A stretch of 64,000 nt of DNA. Origin: Adineta vaga. Lineage: Eukaryota; Animalia; Rotifera. The notes beneath the pieces are model-generated. The model did no database searches. It had not been told where the DNA came from and saw only the letters and a program-made list of their open reading frames with translations. The stretch spans positions 8,866,001-8,930,000 of the forward strand of contig CP075496.1 in NCBI GenBank assembly GCA_021613535.1. Direction: 5' to 3'. Positions 1-12,357 of the stretch are shown here, one piece after another (position 1 is the stretch's first letter; every line of letters begins with the position of its first letter). Position numbers and translations under genes: made by a program.

Positions 1-236
1 TAATTTGGACATGTTGGTAATTGAACGATCCATTTATAAAATTGATACACAAATGAAAAAGTAATCGTACCACCTACAGTAATAGCGGCATATTTGAAAT
101 AACGAGGTTTTTGCTTCTTTAAACTTTGGATCTCTGCAGATGAAATCTGTCGTTTAAATATATAGGTTGTGATAGTGCTTGATAATTTTGATGTAAATGT
201 ATGTTTTATTGTTTGTGAGAACAGATGATAAGCCAT
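1..236 (-). CDS. 5' part of a gene running off the window; N-terminus resembles a mitochondrial presequence followed by a hydrophobic segment
   Basis: Hand translation from ATG at 236 is open to position 1: MAYHLFSQTIKHTFTSKLSSTITTYIFKRQISSAEIQSLKKQKPRYFKYAAITVGGTITFSFVYQFYKWIVQLPTCPN. S/T/K/R-rich and almost free of acidic residues, then TM-like. Not in the ORF track because it has no stop. Confidence 0.5.
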   Translation of the reverse strand, partial: MAYHLFSQTIKHTFTSKLSSTITTYIFKRQISSAEIQSLKKQKPRYFKYAAITVGGTITFSFVYQFYKWIVQLPTCPN

Positions 237-464
237 CTTTACTTATAAATAATAAATAATGTTTCAAAACTTATTTCTTTCGAAATAATTGTGTTTAATG
301 TATAGTATACATACAAAATTATAGTTACACGTGTATCTAAGGACAAAATTATGAGTGCAAGTAAGAAGAGAATGAAAATATTTATTATTATGATTTCAAA
401 ATTATGTACGCAATAAAAAGAAACACAATGTGTGTTATGGACAAATATATCGTTTTGTTTTTCT

Positions 465-2138
465 TTACGTAAGATCAAAACGTTGAATTCGTTGATTTTC
501 CGTGTCAGTAACGTACAAATAAATTTCATTTTTATTAATGACTAAACCAGAAGGATAATTTAATTTCGTACTGTCCGTACCCCATATACCATTTGCATTT
601 CCGGCAATAGTAACACCGACGGTCGCGTTGCGATTCCAACATTGAATTCGATGATTTCCTGTATCTGCTATATAAATAGTTCCAGTAATTTCTGACACCC
701 ATACATCAGAAGGCTGATTGAGTTGATTGCTAGCAGATCCCATTCCGTTACCACCTGCTACTGTAATTCCAATATAAGGTGGATTAAGATTCAAGTTAAA
801 GAGTTGAATTCGATGATTATTTTTGTCAACAACATATAAAAGTGAATTTTGCTTGTCAAAAAATAATCCACAAGGACTGTTAAGTTCCGTAGGTCCACTT
901 CCTGAATCTCCTGTACCTATAATCATTATACCACTAGCGGCATTTGTTGACCAAAGCATTATTCGATTGCTGAAAGTATCAGCAATTATGAGACTCTTTT
1001 CGTTGCCCATAGTTATTCCATTGGGTCCTGATAAATATTGTGGCGGCGTTCCGCTAAGACCATAAGTGCCTGCAACATTTTTCGGTGGCGGTTCGTAAAG
1101 TTGCATTGAAGATAATAATAGAACACGACCATTCATACCATCAACTACGTATAAATTATTTTGATATTCAGTATCGAGATATAGATAGTTTGGTCTAAAC
1201 AAACTAATTCCATCCGTTCCATTACGGATTAAAACCGATATCGTTTTACTATTAGAATTAACATATTGTAAATGAATTATTTCGTTTTTTGTCGAATCAA
1301 CAACAATAAGAGATTCATTATCACCATTACCATAGACAGCAATGCCTACAGGAGAACTGAAACCAATAAACAGGCTACTTCCTATGACTGTATTATGATC
1401 AGCAACAGTAATTCCACCCACGACTGGTACTGGTACTGATGTTATAACTAAAAGACAATATTTCTCGATTAGTTTTTATTTATAGTAAGAACAAGAGAAA
1501 CTATGATTCATTGACTTTGAACATATTAGGAGTATATTTGTTATACCTTCACATTGATTCATGGGTGAACAGGTTAGATTAAGATCTTCGCGGCACGTTT
1601 TCATATCATATTGACACGGTGCGCCGGATATTGTCATTTGTGGAAAACACATGCCCGCTGATGCATCCCAATAACTATGTAATATGCAATCACATACAAA
1701 ATTTTTATTACAACTCAAATATCGACTTTCAATACAAACAGACGAACATAATTGACCATATTGAGTGAAAAGTGATGGATTCAATTGAATTAAACCGCCC
1801 ATTGAATTTGGCATCGACGATGTACCGACTGCGCCTAGAATACCTAAATCACCTTCAAATAGACGACATTCATTCATTTGTATGGCACCATAATCGAATA
1901 TACGACATGGAGGATTCATATTACATTGCATCGCGCATGATTCAAACGAATCGACAAAATTTGATAAGATATGTTGAGCGTTCATATTAGCTGGCTCAAA
2001 TTGTGTTCCTGGTGGAGATAAAATTGATAATGATTGATATGTAGAGTGAGAATGTGTCAGTCTTGGAATGAATATAATGTATGAATAGTACGAAAAAATG
2101 ATCATAACTGAATTTTTTGAACATGAAACAAAGATCAT
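465..2138 (-). CDS. Secreted Cys-rich (PAN/apple-like + EGF/EB-like) domain fused to an NHL-repeat beta-propeller; 2 exons
   Basis: ORFs 1476..2150 and 465..1421 join in frame via a GT-AG intron at 1546..1448 (GAA G|gtataa...ttttag|TT ATA). NHL motifs LxxPxG...YVADxxNHRIQ are repeated. N-terminal CAMQCNMNPPCRIFDY is PAN-like. Start ATG is 2138 or 2105. Confidence 0.85.
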
Positions 2139-2502
2139 TATTGTTGGCACAATAATAAACGAATCTTATTGTATATAAGAAATACTTTCTGCTTAAATTG
2201 ATTAGCTCAAAATGTATGCAAAAATTTATGAAAGTATTGTGGAGAAGAAAAAGAATAATAAGATAGTATTTTAATAATGGGCCACAGCGTTTGATGTTCC
2301 AGCCTTTGAACATTATTGATGTTTAAAAATATGCTACTATAAGTAATTGAGTTTTCTTTTATTTTCTTCGTAAATAGAACATCTAAGAAACATACAAAAT
2401 GTTTAGAAAAAGAATATTTCAAATCGATAAGAAAATATTTCTTTCTAACAGATTGATGTTTATGAAAGAGTCGACTCTGTTATATTTTTTTCTAAACTTT
2501 CA

Positions 2503-3504
2503 TCATCGTACAAGACGAGGATTGTAATGTTCCCATGCTTTACCAATTCTTGTTGGACTACGAGTTGAAGTGATCACACCGATTTGTCGCCGTTGTCGCC
2601 ATAAGCAACATTTTGTTTTCATTTTTGAACGAAGTTCTGATAAAGATAAACAATATACAAATGGAAATAGAAATATAACATTATATGAAAGAAATTTTGT
2701 GTAAATAATTCCATCTCGATTAATTTTGTTCGTTAAATTCAACTGATATATTAGAATAATTACTATCCATGGAATGTTAAATATCATATAGATCGTAGAC
2801 ATTGATAATAATTGAATGGTCATTTTTCGATGTCTACGCCATTGAATTGTTGGACGTATTCGAGTCTTTTGTTTGATTACACGTATAAGAAGTAAAATAC
2901 AAAAACTAATGATGATCAATGTTGGAATAATTTGATGAAAGATTAAATCCCATATGCCTAATTTTGTTCGATCAAAAGCACATGGTATATAAATACCACC
3001 GGTTAGAAAATCCTCGAATGATTTTTCACATGATAGAATAAAATAAACTGTAGAATAGTAAATAAGATAATACATTATTATAATAACAACAGGTAGATAA
3101 TGAATGAATAAACGTTTCCATTTTGTATTTGTCCATTGATCATGAAATATAAGTATATTTCGTTCAATAGTAGCCCAAGCAAATAATCCTACTTGAAGTG
3201 AATAGAATGTATAATCAATAAAGACCCAAATAAGATAAAAGATCGATGATGTTTGCCATGAATTATCATATCGATCATTGTGAAGAATCCATGATATATT
3301 TGTTAATTGATAAAGAAGACTAATTGAAAGAATAACAATAAAAATATGATTATTTATTGCATGACGAAATGTTCGATCATACAAAAGAAAATATAAGTTA
3401 CAAAGAGTACAACTAAGACATAGTATATCCCAAATTAAAAAATACCAAAATCGAAATAAAAGAGGTATTGTAACGAATGATAAATAAGTGCTAGAATTCA
3501 ACAT
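2503..3504 (-). CDS. Intronless orphan rhodopsin-like 7TM GPCR
   Basis: Seven hydrophobic segments, WATIERNILIF (DRY-equivalent), basic loop before TM6, and FPFVY..SLSELR at the end of TM7. ATG of MLNSS at 3504. Confidence 0.8.
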   Translation of the reverse strand: MLNSSTYLSFVTIPLLFRFWYFLIWDILCLSCTLCNLYFLLYDRTFRHAINNHIFIVILSISLLYQLTNISWILHNDRYDNSWQTSSIFYLIWVFIDYTFYSLQVGLFAWATIERNILIFHDQWTNTKWKRLFIHYLPVVIIIMYYLIYYSTVYFILSCEKSFEDFLTGGIYIPCAFDRTKLGIWDLIFHQIIPTLIIISFCILLLIRVIKQKTRIRPTIQWRRHRKMTIQLLSMSTIYMIFNIPWIVIILIYQLNLTNKINRDGIIYTKFLSYNVIFLFPFVYCLSLSELRSKMKTKCCLWRQRRQIGVITSTRSPTRIGKAWEHYNPRLVR

Positions 3505-3677
3505 TAGTATATTGCAATAGTCTTTGAACAATCGATGAAAAAGATAGATTGTTCGTTTATTTTGAAGAAGAAGATCAGAAAAGATTTTATCTCCTTGTAT
3601 GATAAGCTTTTCGAATCCGATTATATATTTGTTTGGAATATAGTATTTAAAATTGCTTCGTTACACTCAAAGAATAG

Positions 3678-3697
3678 ATATATATATATATATATAT
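3678..3697. repeat. (TA)n microsatellite
   Basis: Direct inspection. Confidence 0.85.
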
Positions 3698-4149
3698 GAT
3701 TGTCACACTTTTCAGATACTACAATTCTCTAGTTGAAAATAACTACGTATAGAAAATACAGTTCATTACGATTGATCGAATAAAGATTTGTTATATATTG
3801 TTTTTTACAGTTAAATACCTCGGAATTAATCATTGAGAATTATATCCATGTAGGAAGTGTACCTAACGAACATGTGTATGTATCCTGACTATTGGCTGTT
3901 TGTTTGAATAGTACGTTCTTGAATGAAAATTGCTGAAGTGTAACCGAATCAACATGAAGAAAACGCAAAACATGCACACACACATACATACATAAACGGA
4001 TAAAAAGAAACCTTCATTGATTATACATCATTATATATATATTGATTTTTCTGTAGAAGACTGGTGAAATCATATATCATTCGTTTTGTTTTGTTCACTG
4101 CTACTTTTACACTTATTTCATACATACATACATATATACATAGTTAACA

Positions 4150-5571
4150 ATGATTACACCCACTAGAAATACAACACCAGGGTAGGTATTAAAAATTGTC
4201 TTACTTTTCTTATGATATTTTTTTGTGTTTGGGTGTGATCATCCACAGAACTGCAATAACTCTATGCTGTGTATTCCTGTTTGGTTTAGCTATATCAACA
4301 ACCGTTATTCTTTCATTAATTAGCGTTTATTTGTTAGATAAAAGCGAAGATCTTGCTAAATGTAAGTCTTTTCGTCAATCAAAACATATTTAGATTAACT
4401 CGATAGATAACTCTGATTGAAAATGAATACGAATATCATTCAAAATATGTGTATTCAATAAAAATTTGATAACATTACTAACTATTTTTTAGTAGCAATT
4501 TGTACTCTGTCGTTTGCACGAATCATAACTCAGAATGCTCATAGTGGACCATCATACATAGATAATGCTGATTTTAATCATGATAATATTATAGATCTTG
4601 TCATTGATAATTATAATGATGGTACTTTAACCATTGCACTTGGAAATAGTGATGGTACTTTTAAAAATCAAGTACAAGTATCAGCTGGTGATGGTCAAAC
4701 TAAATCAAATGCATTTGATATCGGTGATATTAATCAGGATGGGAATTTGGATTTAGTTGTCGTTAATAGTGGTACAAGCAATGTTGGTGTACTTCTTGGT
4801 AATGGTGATGGATCATTTGCGACACCGACAAGATATTCAACGGGAAATGGTTCTATTCCATTAGGACTTGCTCTTAAAGATTTAAATGATGATAATAATC
4901 TTGATCTAGTCGTTACAGATAATGCTAATCATGTTGTTTTAATTTTTCTCGGATCTAAGATGGGTACATTTATTTTAACAACAATACTCTCTACTGGCAG
5001 TAACTCAGGACCATATGGAGTCGTTATTGAAGATTTTAATCGAGATACTCAACCAGATATTGGTGTTAGTAATGCTCGTTCGAATCAAGTATCGATATTT
5101 CTTAATACTGGTGCAGTAAATTTTGTAAGTCCGAAAACGTTTTCGACTGGCACTGCACCATATTCAATCATAACTGTTGATTTAAATAAAGATCGAATAT
5201 TTGATATCGTTACTACTAATTATTTCGGACATAGTATCAGTGTACTTTTCGGTAATGGTGATGGTAGTTTTAAAGAACAGAAAATGTTCTCAACAGGCTC
5301 TAGTTCCTTACCTTACTCGCTTTACTTTGGTGATTTCAATAGAGATACAAATATCGATATCGTTGTTGTTAATTCAGGTACCGATAAGATTGGCATATTT
5401 CTTGGAAATGGACATGGTAATTTTCGAATTCAACGGACTTATTCAACTGGTACCGGCACTGTTCCCATTGATGTAAAAGTTGCAGATTATAATAACGATG
5501 GTCGATCAGATATTGTAACTGCAAATTTTAATACGAACACAGTAAGTATTCTACTGAATAATTGTTCATAA
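4150..5571 (+). CDS. FG-GAP/VCBS repeat beta-propeller protein with N-terminal TM anchor; 3 exons
   Basis: Exons ~4150-4181, 4249-4361 and 4496-5571 are joined by in-frame GT-AG introns. About 7 repeats of DFNxDxxxDIVVxNxxxxxVSILLGNGDGxF. Confidence 0.85.
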
Positions 5572-5734
5572 TATTTTTATTTAAAAAAAAATTATTTTGA
5601 ACAGTTCTTTATAGATAGTCTGTTGTATTTCGATATGAGCTAGTGTATTCTCTAGATTACTATTTACATCGTGAGTAATGAATTATATTAAATATAACTA
5701 TAATCGCAAAATCGATCTTTCAGTCAGTTTATAC

Positions 5735-7495
5735 TCAAGAAATTGTACATGTACTTGTTCGAGATGTAGTTGGCTGAGATATTGATTGTTGTTGTTGTGC
5801 TGGTGGTGGTGGTGGTGGTCTTGGATGATGACTACATTCTGTTCGATGTTGATGAAGCCCTTGTGTACGAATGAGTCTATAATTTGCCAAGCATTCCCAA
5901 CAAAATTCATGATTACATTTTTTACATTTCATATGATCACATCCTCCATCTTTTTCAACAGGTGACTTGCAATATGGACATCTTTTTGAATGACTATTCA
6001 GCCATTGTTGTGTTTGATTGTCAACATTTGGATTCATTTGATCATATTCATCACATGTCATACCTGTATGCCATTTTGTATGATGAAATAAACATATCTT
6101 TTCTTTACAGTTGCTACAAATAATTGGCCTTTTATATGAAGTGATTCGTGTATTTAACTGACCTCCATCACAATTAGGACACCAACTAAATTCTGGCATA
6201 CGCTCAAGTTGTTGTTTAACTACTTGACGATCATAGATTTCAAATAATGATCGATTATTGTTGCTAAGAAGCAAATGATGTATATCATCATAGTTGAATA
6301 TTGTATCACAACCAGCTTCTGGACATGCTATATTCGTAATATGCGTTTGGTCTATATGATATTTGATAGTATTGTAGATGCAATTATTACATACACGACG
6401 TTGTGTATGTTGACATTGTCTACTGTAACGTTCTCGAAATTGATCCACTGCTTGCTCTGTGTGCAAACAATGCATTCACGAACGTAGTGAATTGGAATTC
6501 TAAAGATTATCATATCATTTCAGTCAAGTGCGAACAAGAATTATAGAATTTTAAATCTACTTGACAACTTTTTACAATGTCATTCTCTCCTATCCTTCTA
6601 TAGTAGTCATGATGAGTTACTTACTCCACTATTTTGCTTTCAGTTGGTTTTGATTGTATAATATGATCAGTATCTATCGTGTTAAAGCACTTAGGTATGA
6701 TGATCATTTTTGTTATGTATGTTTGATCAACAGTAGCTAGATGACAAATTTAGTATAATAATATTTTGTAGATTATGAAAAGATAATTCTCTTACGAAGC
6801 TGTGATCGTTGCAAATGATCGTCGTCTGTATTAGATTGTTTTTGATCTTGTAATTTATTGACTTCAATATCATCAAATTGATCACATGTACTTGTTTCTG
6901 TTAACGTAGAATGACTAAAACGAAACCGATCAAATATTCAAATTTTGATGAAATTTTTACTTTTCATTGATTGAAGCATCATCAGCTATTTGATCGATTT
7001 TCCGCTGACATTCTTTTTCCATCAATAAAATTTTACGATCAAGTTCTGCTCTCTAAAAAATGGATTATATTAATATACATTAAATTCAAATGAAGAAGAA
7101 TTGTTATTGGAAACGAATCTACATACATTTTCTTCGGAGTTTCTATTTCTTTTCCATAATTCATTACAATACTTCAATGTATGTTTGTACCATGTAATGG
7201 CCAATGAAAGTCGACCTTTTTCCCAGTATTCCCGAGCCCTATTGATAGTTCGGTGCAATATTTCTTGTAAATCATGATAACTCAATTCTTGAAAGTTATC
7301 CATAGGTGAATCTAAATATTAAAACAAAGTAATTGATATATGACTTCGATACTTTATCGTATGTGATGTTCTCTCTCTCTTGTTAATCTATGAGACAAAT
7401 ATAAAAACCCATTATCGCATCTCTACTCTTGATGGACTGAATTTCTTTAGATTCAAACAATAATAAAAAAAATAATTATAGAGCATACCACTCAT
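5735..7495 (-). CDS. RBR (RING1-IBR-RING2) E3 ubiquitin ligase, multi-exon, with an apparent frameshift in RING1
   Basis: IBR (WCPNC...CSNC...CLFHHTKWH..TC) and RING2 (CPYCKSPVEKDGGCDHMKCKKCNHEFCWEC). Upstream exons traced by splice sites to ATG AGT G|gtatgc at 7495. RING1 ECIVC is out of frame with the rest at ~6460. Confidence 0.8.
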
Positions 7496-8240
7496 TGTAA
7501 CTGTCCGTTGTCGTTGATCTGCTTGTTGTGAATTTATAACGATATATCGTCAGAAATTTTTATGAAATGATCATCATAAACAAAAATTTAAAATACTCGA
7601 GCTATTTATGCATGAATCAGACTTACTTTTTCCAACTATGACTCTTTCTTTGCTGCGTAGCAGCTTTGATTATTTTCCTACGCATTGTAAAATGTATTTC
7701 TTTCCTTAAAAAAAAAGCCTTCTCTTTCTTTATCGTCGATAACATCTATAAAGAGTTTTTGTTACTTTTAGCTTCTCTCCAAAAAAAAAATACGTATAAC
7801 ATATTAACAAAAGGTAAGCGTGCTTCTAATATTCTATAGGCAATTGCATCCCACGCGTTGTCAAACCATATTCAAAAGTTGAATAACTTAGGATGCATGT
7901 ATGGATCTGTGAATAAAACATTTGAATACTATTTACCTATAGAATTATTTCGTTCTATTTCTTATATTTCATATATTTAACTTGCGATGCATTTTATTGT
8001 GTCATTTAATGTTTCAGAGAGAGAGAGAGAAATTCGAATATCCACAAGATTGAGAAGTCTATAAATGTCAACATTATTCTTTATATATAATCTACGTACA
8101 TCGATATTCTTATTTATTCACACTTCTCAAATTATGTTCACGTATTTGAAATCTTTATTGATGCATCTGTTCTGATTAAATATATATTTTTTCGTAAAAG
8201 TAAAAAAAAAGATCAACTCTATTTTCGAGAAAGTTTAATT

Positions 8241-9959
8241 CTATTCAATCTCAAATTTTTGCACACGATGATTCCACATATCAACAGCATAAATATTTCC
8301 TTGTCGATCCAATGATATACCTCCAAGACAATTGAATTGATTGGCTTTTTCACCTTGTCCATGACCACGAATAATTATATTACCTGTACGAGAATCTTTT
8401 GACCAACGCATGATGCGATCATTTCCAGAATCAGCAACATAAAGATTGCCCGATTGATCGACTGTAATTCCTTGTGGATAAGCTAAATGTGTCAGACCAG
8501 TTCCTTGACCTTGTCCACCAGCAATAACAATACCTTCTTTAGCATCTTTGTACCATTTCATCACACGATGATTATGATGATCTGATACATAAAGTGAATG
8601 TTCATCATCGACAAAGATCGATGTTGGACCACTCAATTGATTAGGATAATTTCCTTTTCCATTGCCACCAGCGACAACAATTCCAGTTGTTTCACCTTGT
8701 TTCCATCGTCGAACTTCATTTTTCTTCCAATCCGAAACATATAAATCTCCAGTATTATCCATTGCAACACGAAAACAATCAATATTAGAAATCAATACTT
8801 GTTGAATAGCATCATGTCGACGAGGCCAACGAATTACACGTCTATTTCCCCAATCACAAATAATTAATGAATCGGTACTTTTATCAATAATCACATCTGT
8901 TGGATGATTCAATTGATCTAATCGATTACCTTCACCATTTCCACCAGCAACAATACAACCATGATTACTATTCGATTTCCATCTGACAATACGATGACTC
9001 CATTGATCAGCTATATAAATATTTTGATCATCATCATCTACACAGATACCATATGGACGAGATAATTGCGTCAGTTGATTTCCATCACCATTGCCTCCAG
9101 CAACAGTCACTCCGTATTGTTTCCATGCAGTCGCATTATTATTAAGATTTACAGTAGGTAGACATTTCTCTAAACAACAAAAATATATCAATCTATAAAA
9201 TGATGAAAAAGCTGTCAATTCAAATTATACATCGGAATTAGTAAGGATTTTTATGTACACAATCCTATTGTCATATGAAAAACCATATTTGTTTTCGTAT
9301 ATCATAGGAACAATTTTACTACTAATTCAAAACTTCATGTATTCATGTATGAAACTAATGATCAGATATTCATTCGTAATACAAATATTTTCTTGTTCGT
9401 AGAATTCGAGAAAAAACAACTTACTACTAGTCGATGCAATAACAGAAAGTTTATGAACCAATGGTACTGAAGTTTGTTGAACAGTAACATGTGTTGGTTT
9501 TTCTAATTCAACTGCTAATTGTTTTAATTGTTCTTCGAATTTCTTCAAATCAACTTCATTGAAATCATTTTCTTTCCGAGATTTTCGTATTTCTTCTGTT
9601 AATTTTACTAGACTTGCTTCTGTTTGATGTGTATTTTTTGTTGTCAATTGGATTAATAATTGTCGACATTCACTAGCTGTTTGTTGAACAAGTTTAATTG
9701 ATTCTTCTTCCCATTGATCAATTTGCTTTATCAATACATATGCTTGTGGATGACTTATATGTGGTTGACTTCCATGTTCATTAAAAGTTTGTCGAAAAAG
9801 ATCACGATTAGCTTCAATACGATCTAATTGTTGACTTAAACATTGTCGATGATCAGTAAAATGTTCATAACAAAATAATTGCAAACAACCTTCACATCTT
9901 ACGGCTCGTTTTTCTTTATCACAAGTAATACATCGAGTTCTTTCAGTTTTACTTGCCAT
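8241..9959 (-). CDS. B-box-like zinc finger/coiled-coil + NHL-repeat protein (TRIM-NHL-like); 2 exons
   Basis: CITC...CEGCLQLFCYEHFTDHR plus coiled coil (9959-9425); intron to acceptor at ~9171; then ~6 NHL repeats (VAGGNGxG..QLxxPxG..YVADxxNHRV). Confidence 0.85.
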
Positions 9960-11042
9960 TGAATTGAAATTATTTACGTAATAGGATGCGTGTGTTATGA
10001 ATGAAACATCGAAAAATAAAACGCTAATAACGATCGATGTTCGTTAATGAACATGAAAAATAACAAGATCAGTCAATGTCGATCAATATTAAGAACAGAA
10101 AAGAAAAACGGTTCTCATATTCATTCATTCAATCGCTTTGCTCGTCCTTATGATCAAGGATCTTATTACATATATTCTATCATTCTATCTAATCAATGAA
10201 CATGCATGTATAAATATGTTGTGCACATAAAATAACATTGTACAACAACAGAACAACAAAATTAATTTTGACAAGTAACGACTATTTTCTCCTGTCATGG
10301 ATATCAAAAGGAAACTAATAGAATAGCAAAAAAAGATTCTCATATGATATGATTTACTAATATAAACAATCCGTTAACGTTCAAGGGTATATTTTTTTGT
10401 ATGAAGAGAAATTTTTGATGAAAACGCAACGAAAAAACAAAGAAACGGTTAATGAAGATGTGAAGGTCATTATCAGACAATTTCCAAATATGATTTTCAT
10501 TCTTTTGAAATTTTGTAAGCATTTGATGAATCAATGTGATTTAATCATATATAAAACAATAAAATGATTTCTTTTGGATTTTTCCAGATATCGGATTACT
10601 AGCGTAATCGATACTTAAGTTAAGAAAGAAAAAAAATGAACCAATTTCATTATACATTGAAATTGGCATTGGATTGAGATCGTCATAAAATATTATTTTT
10701 ATGTCCTCCTCAGAAAAGGCAAGAGATAGACAAAATATGTTCTTTTTATTTCACTTATATTATATCATAGAAAACAGAATCACAGAAAACACGTATAAGT
10801 CTTTTTAAATAAAAACTTTCATAGTTACTATATAGTCAGTCCATATATTTCTCTAAATCTTCTTTTCCTGAATTAATAACCAATAGTAGATGTTTACATT
10901 TCTTCATCATCTGCGTGTTTTTAAGTAGAAAAATACTGCCAAATATACAAGAGAGTTCTATTTCGAGTTTTTTTAATACATTTGATCCTTTTGTAACTTT
11001 CTATATATGTAGTCAACGATTACTAATTATAGCCATAGATCA

Positions 11043-11905
11043 TTAATATCTAATGTTATTCCCTATCGACGTTTTAGCTATCCTTCTCAACTTTTGAGCA
11101 TGCACTGATCGAAATAGTAATGCACTCATTCTTGCTGGTGTGATACGATTTAATTTTAAAAAGCTCAAGAATCGCTTTCTAATGATTGTTTGTCTCGATA
11201 GAATGTAGAATAGCACAGAGAATGATAAACCGTATGACAAACAATTGGTATAGAAATATGAAGTGGATAATAATCCAACAATAATAAACGGCATATGAAA
11301 TATTAAAGATATAAGTTTAATCGGTAACAACCGCAGAAAACATTTTATGTGTATGTTTTCATAGATTTGGTTGCATCAAATGACTATTCATTTTAATTCT
11401 CTGATACGATGAATGTGAAATCAGAAGAAATAAATAGACTATTTCTAGGAATAAGTGTATTGAAAACATTACAATCCAATCCACATTTCTAATTACAATA
11501 CTTCCAAACACTTGGTAACAAGAAGAACCACAGAGCATCTATGCTATATCGAATTTATGTACAGATGGATATAGTACTACTAAATACAAATACCTAAACA
11601 AGACGAAACATATAATAAGTATAAAGAATAAATAATATAAACAAAAACGCCGTCGTTTATTTTCAAGAATCAATGGTTTGTACAATTTATATAAAAACGG
11701 TTGAATATGCCATTGATACGACATAGTAATGATGTTGAAGATCAAGTAATACGAATGATATATCGACTATTGTTACGAGAGATATAATAATTAGAAGGTA
11801 AATAATAGATCGATTCGATTCTTGTTGGTGGCGTAATTTAGAGAGACGAATAAAATAGTGCGTTATTTTCACTCTTGAACCGTATTCCTCTGAAAAACAA
11901 AACAA
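11043..11905 (-). pseudogene. Degenerate 7TM GPCR-like remnant
   Basis: Three short hydrophobic ORFs in different frames. An LCGSSCY/DW segment follows an in-frame stop, and a TM6/TM7-like piece (IFHMPFIIVGLL..YGLSF) resembles the intact orphan GPCRs in this window. Confidence 0.45.
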
Positions 11906-12357
11906 CTTGTTATTAGATGTAAGTAGATTATGAGATTACAAACCCTATCATGTTTGGAAAAAACCTATCTGATACAAACAATCTAAGAAAATTGCAGATT
12001 TAAAAATCAATCATTTAGCCAAACATCTTCTAACTATAAAATTCAAATGAATTCTTAATCGACTATCTCGGTTAACATTTGAAACTTGATAAAGCAAGAG
12101 AGTCAAAATTCACGTCATGTTTATGAACACAAAAAATTATCATCTATTCTCTAGATTCAACTTTTTCCTCGCTGCAACTTCTGAATTGAAAAGAAACAAT
12201 GAAAAGAGCAAAGTGTAAATCAGCTGCATTGATAACATCTGTTTGTTATATAGAAACAAAATGTCACGAATTGTCTAGTTTGTTTTCATGTTTTTTCTCG
12301 GATCTCGTGAATATTTATTTTATTTAGAAAAAAATATTTAAAAAAGAACAGACAATT

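Noticed and set aside
5698-5910. ORF with poly-His/Asn
   Set aside because: Alternative frame of the Pro/Gln-rich tail of the RBR gene.
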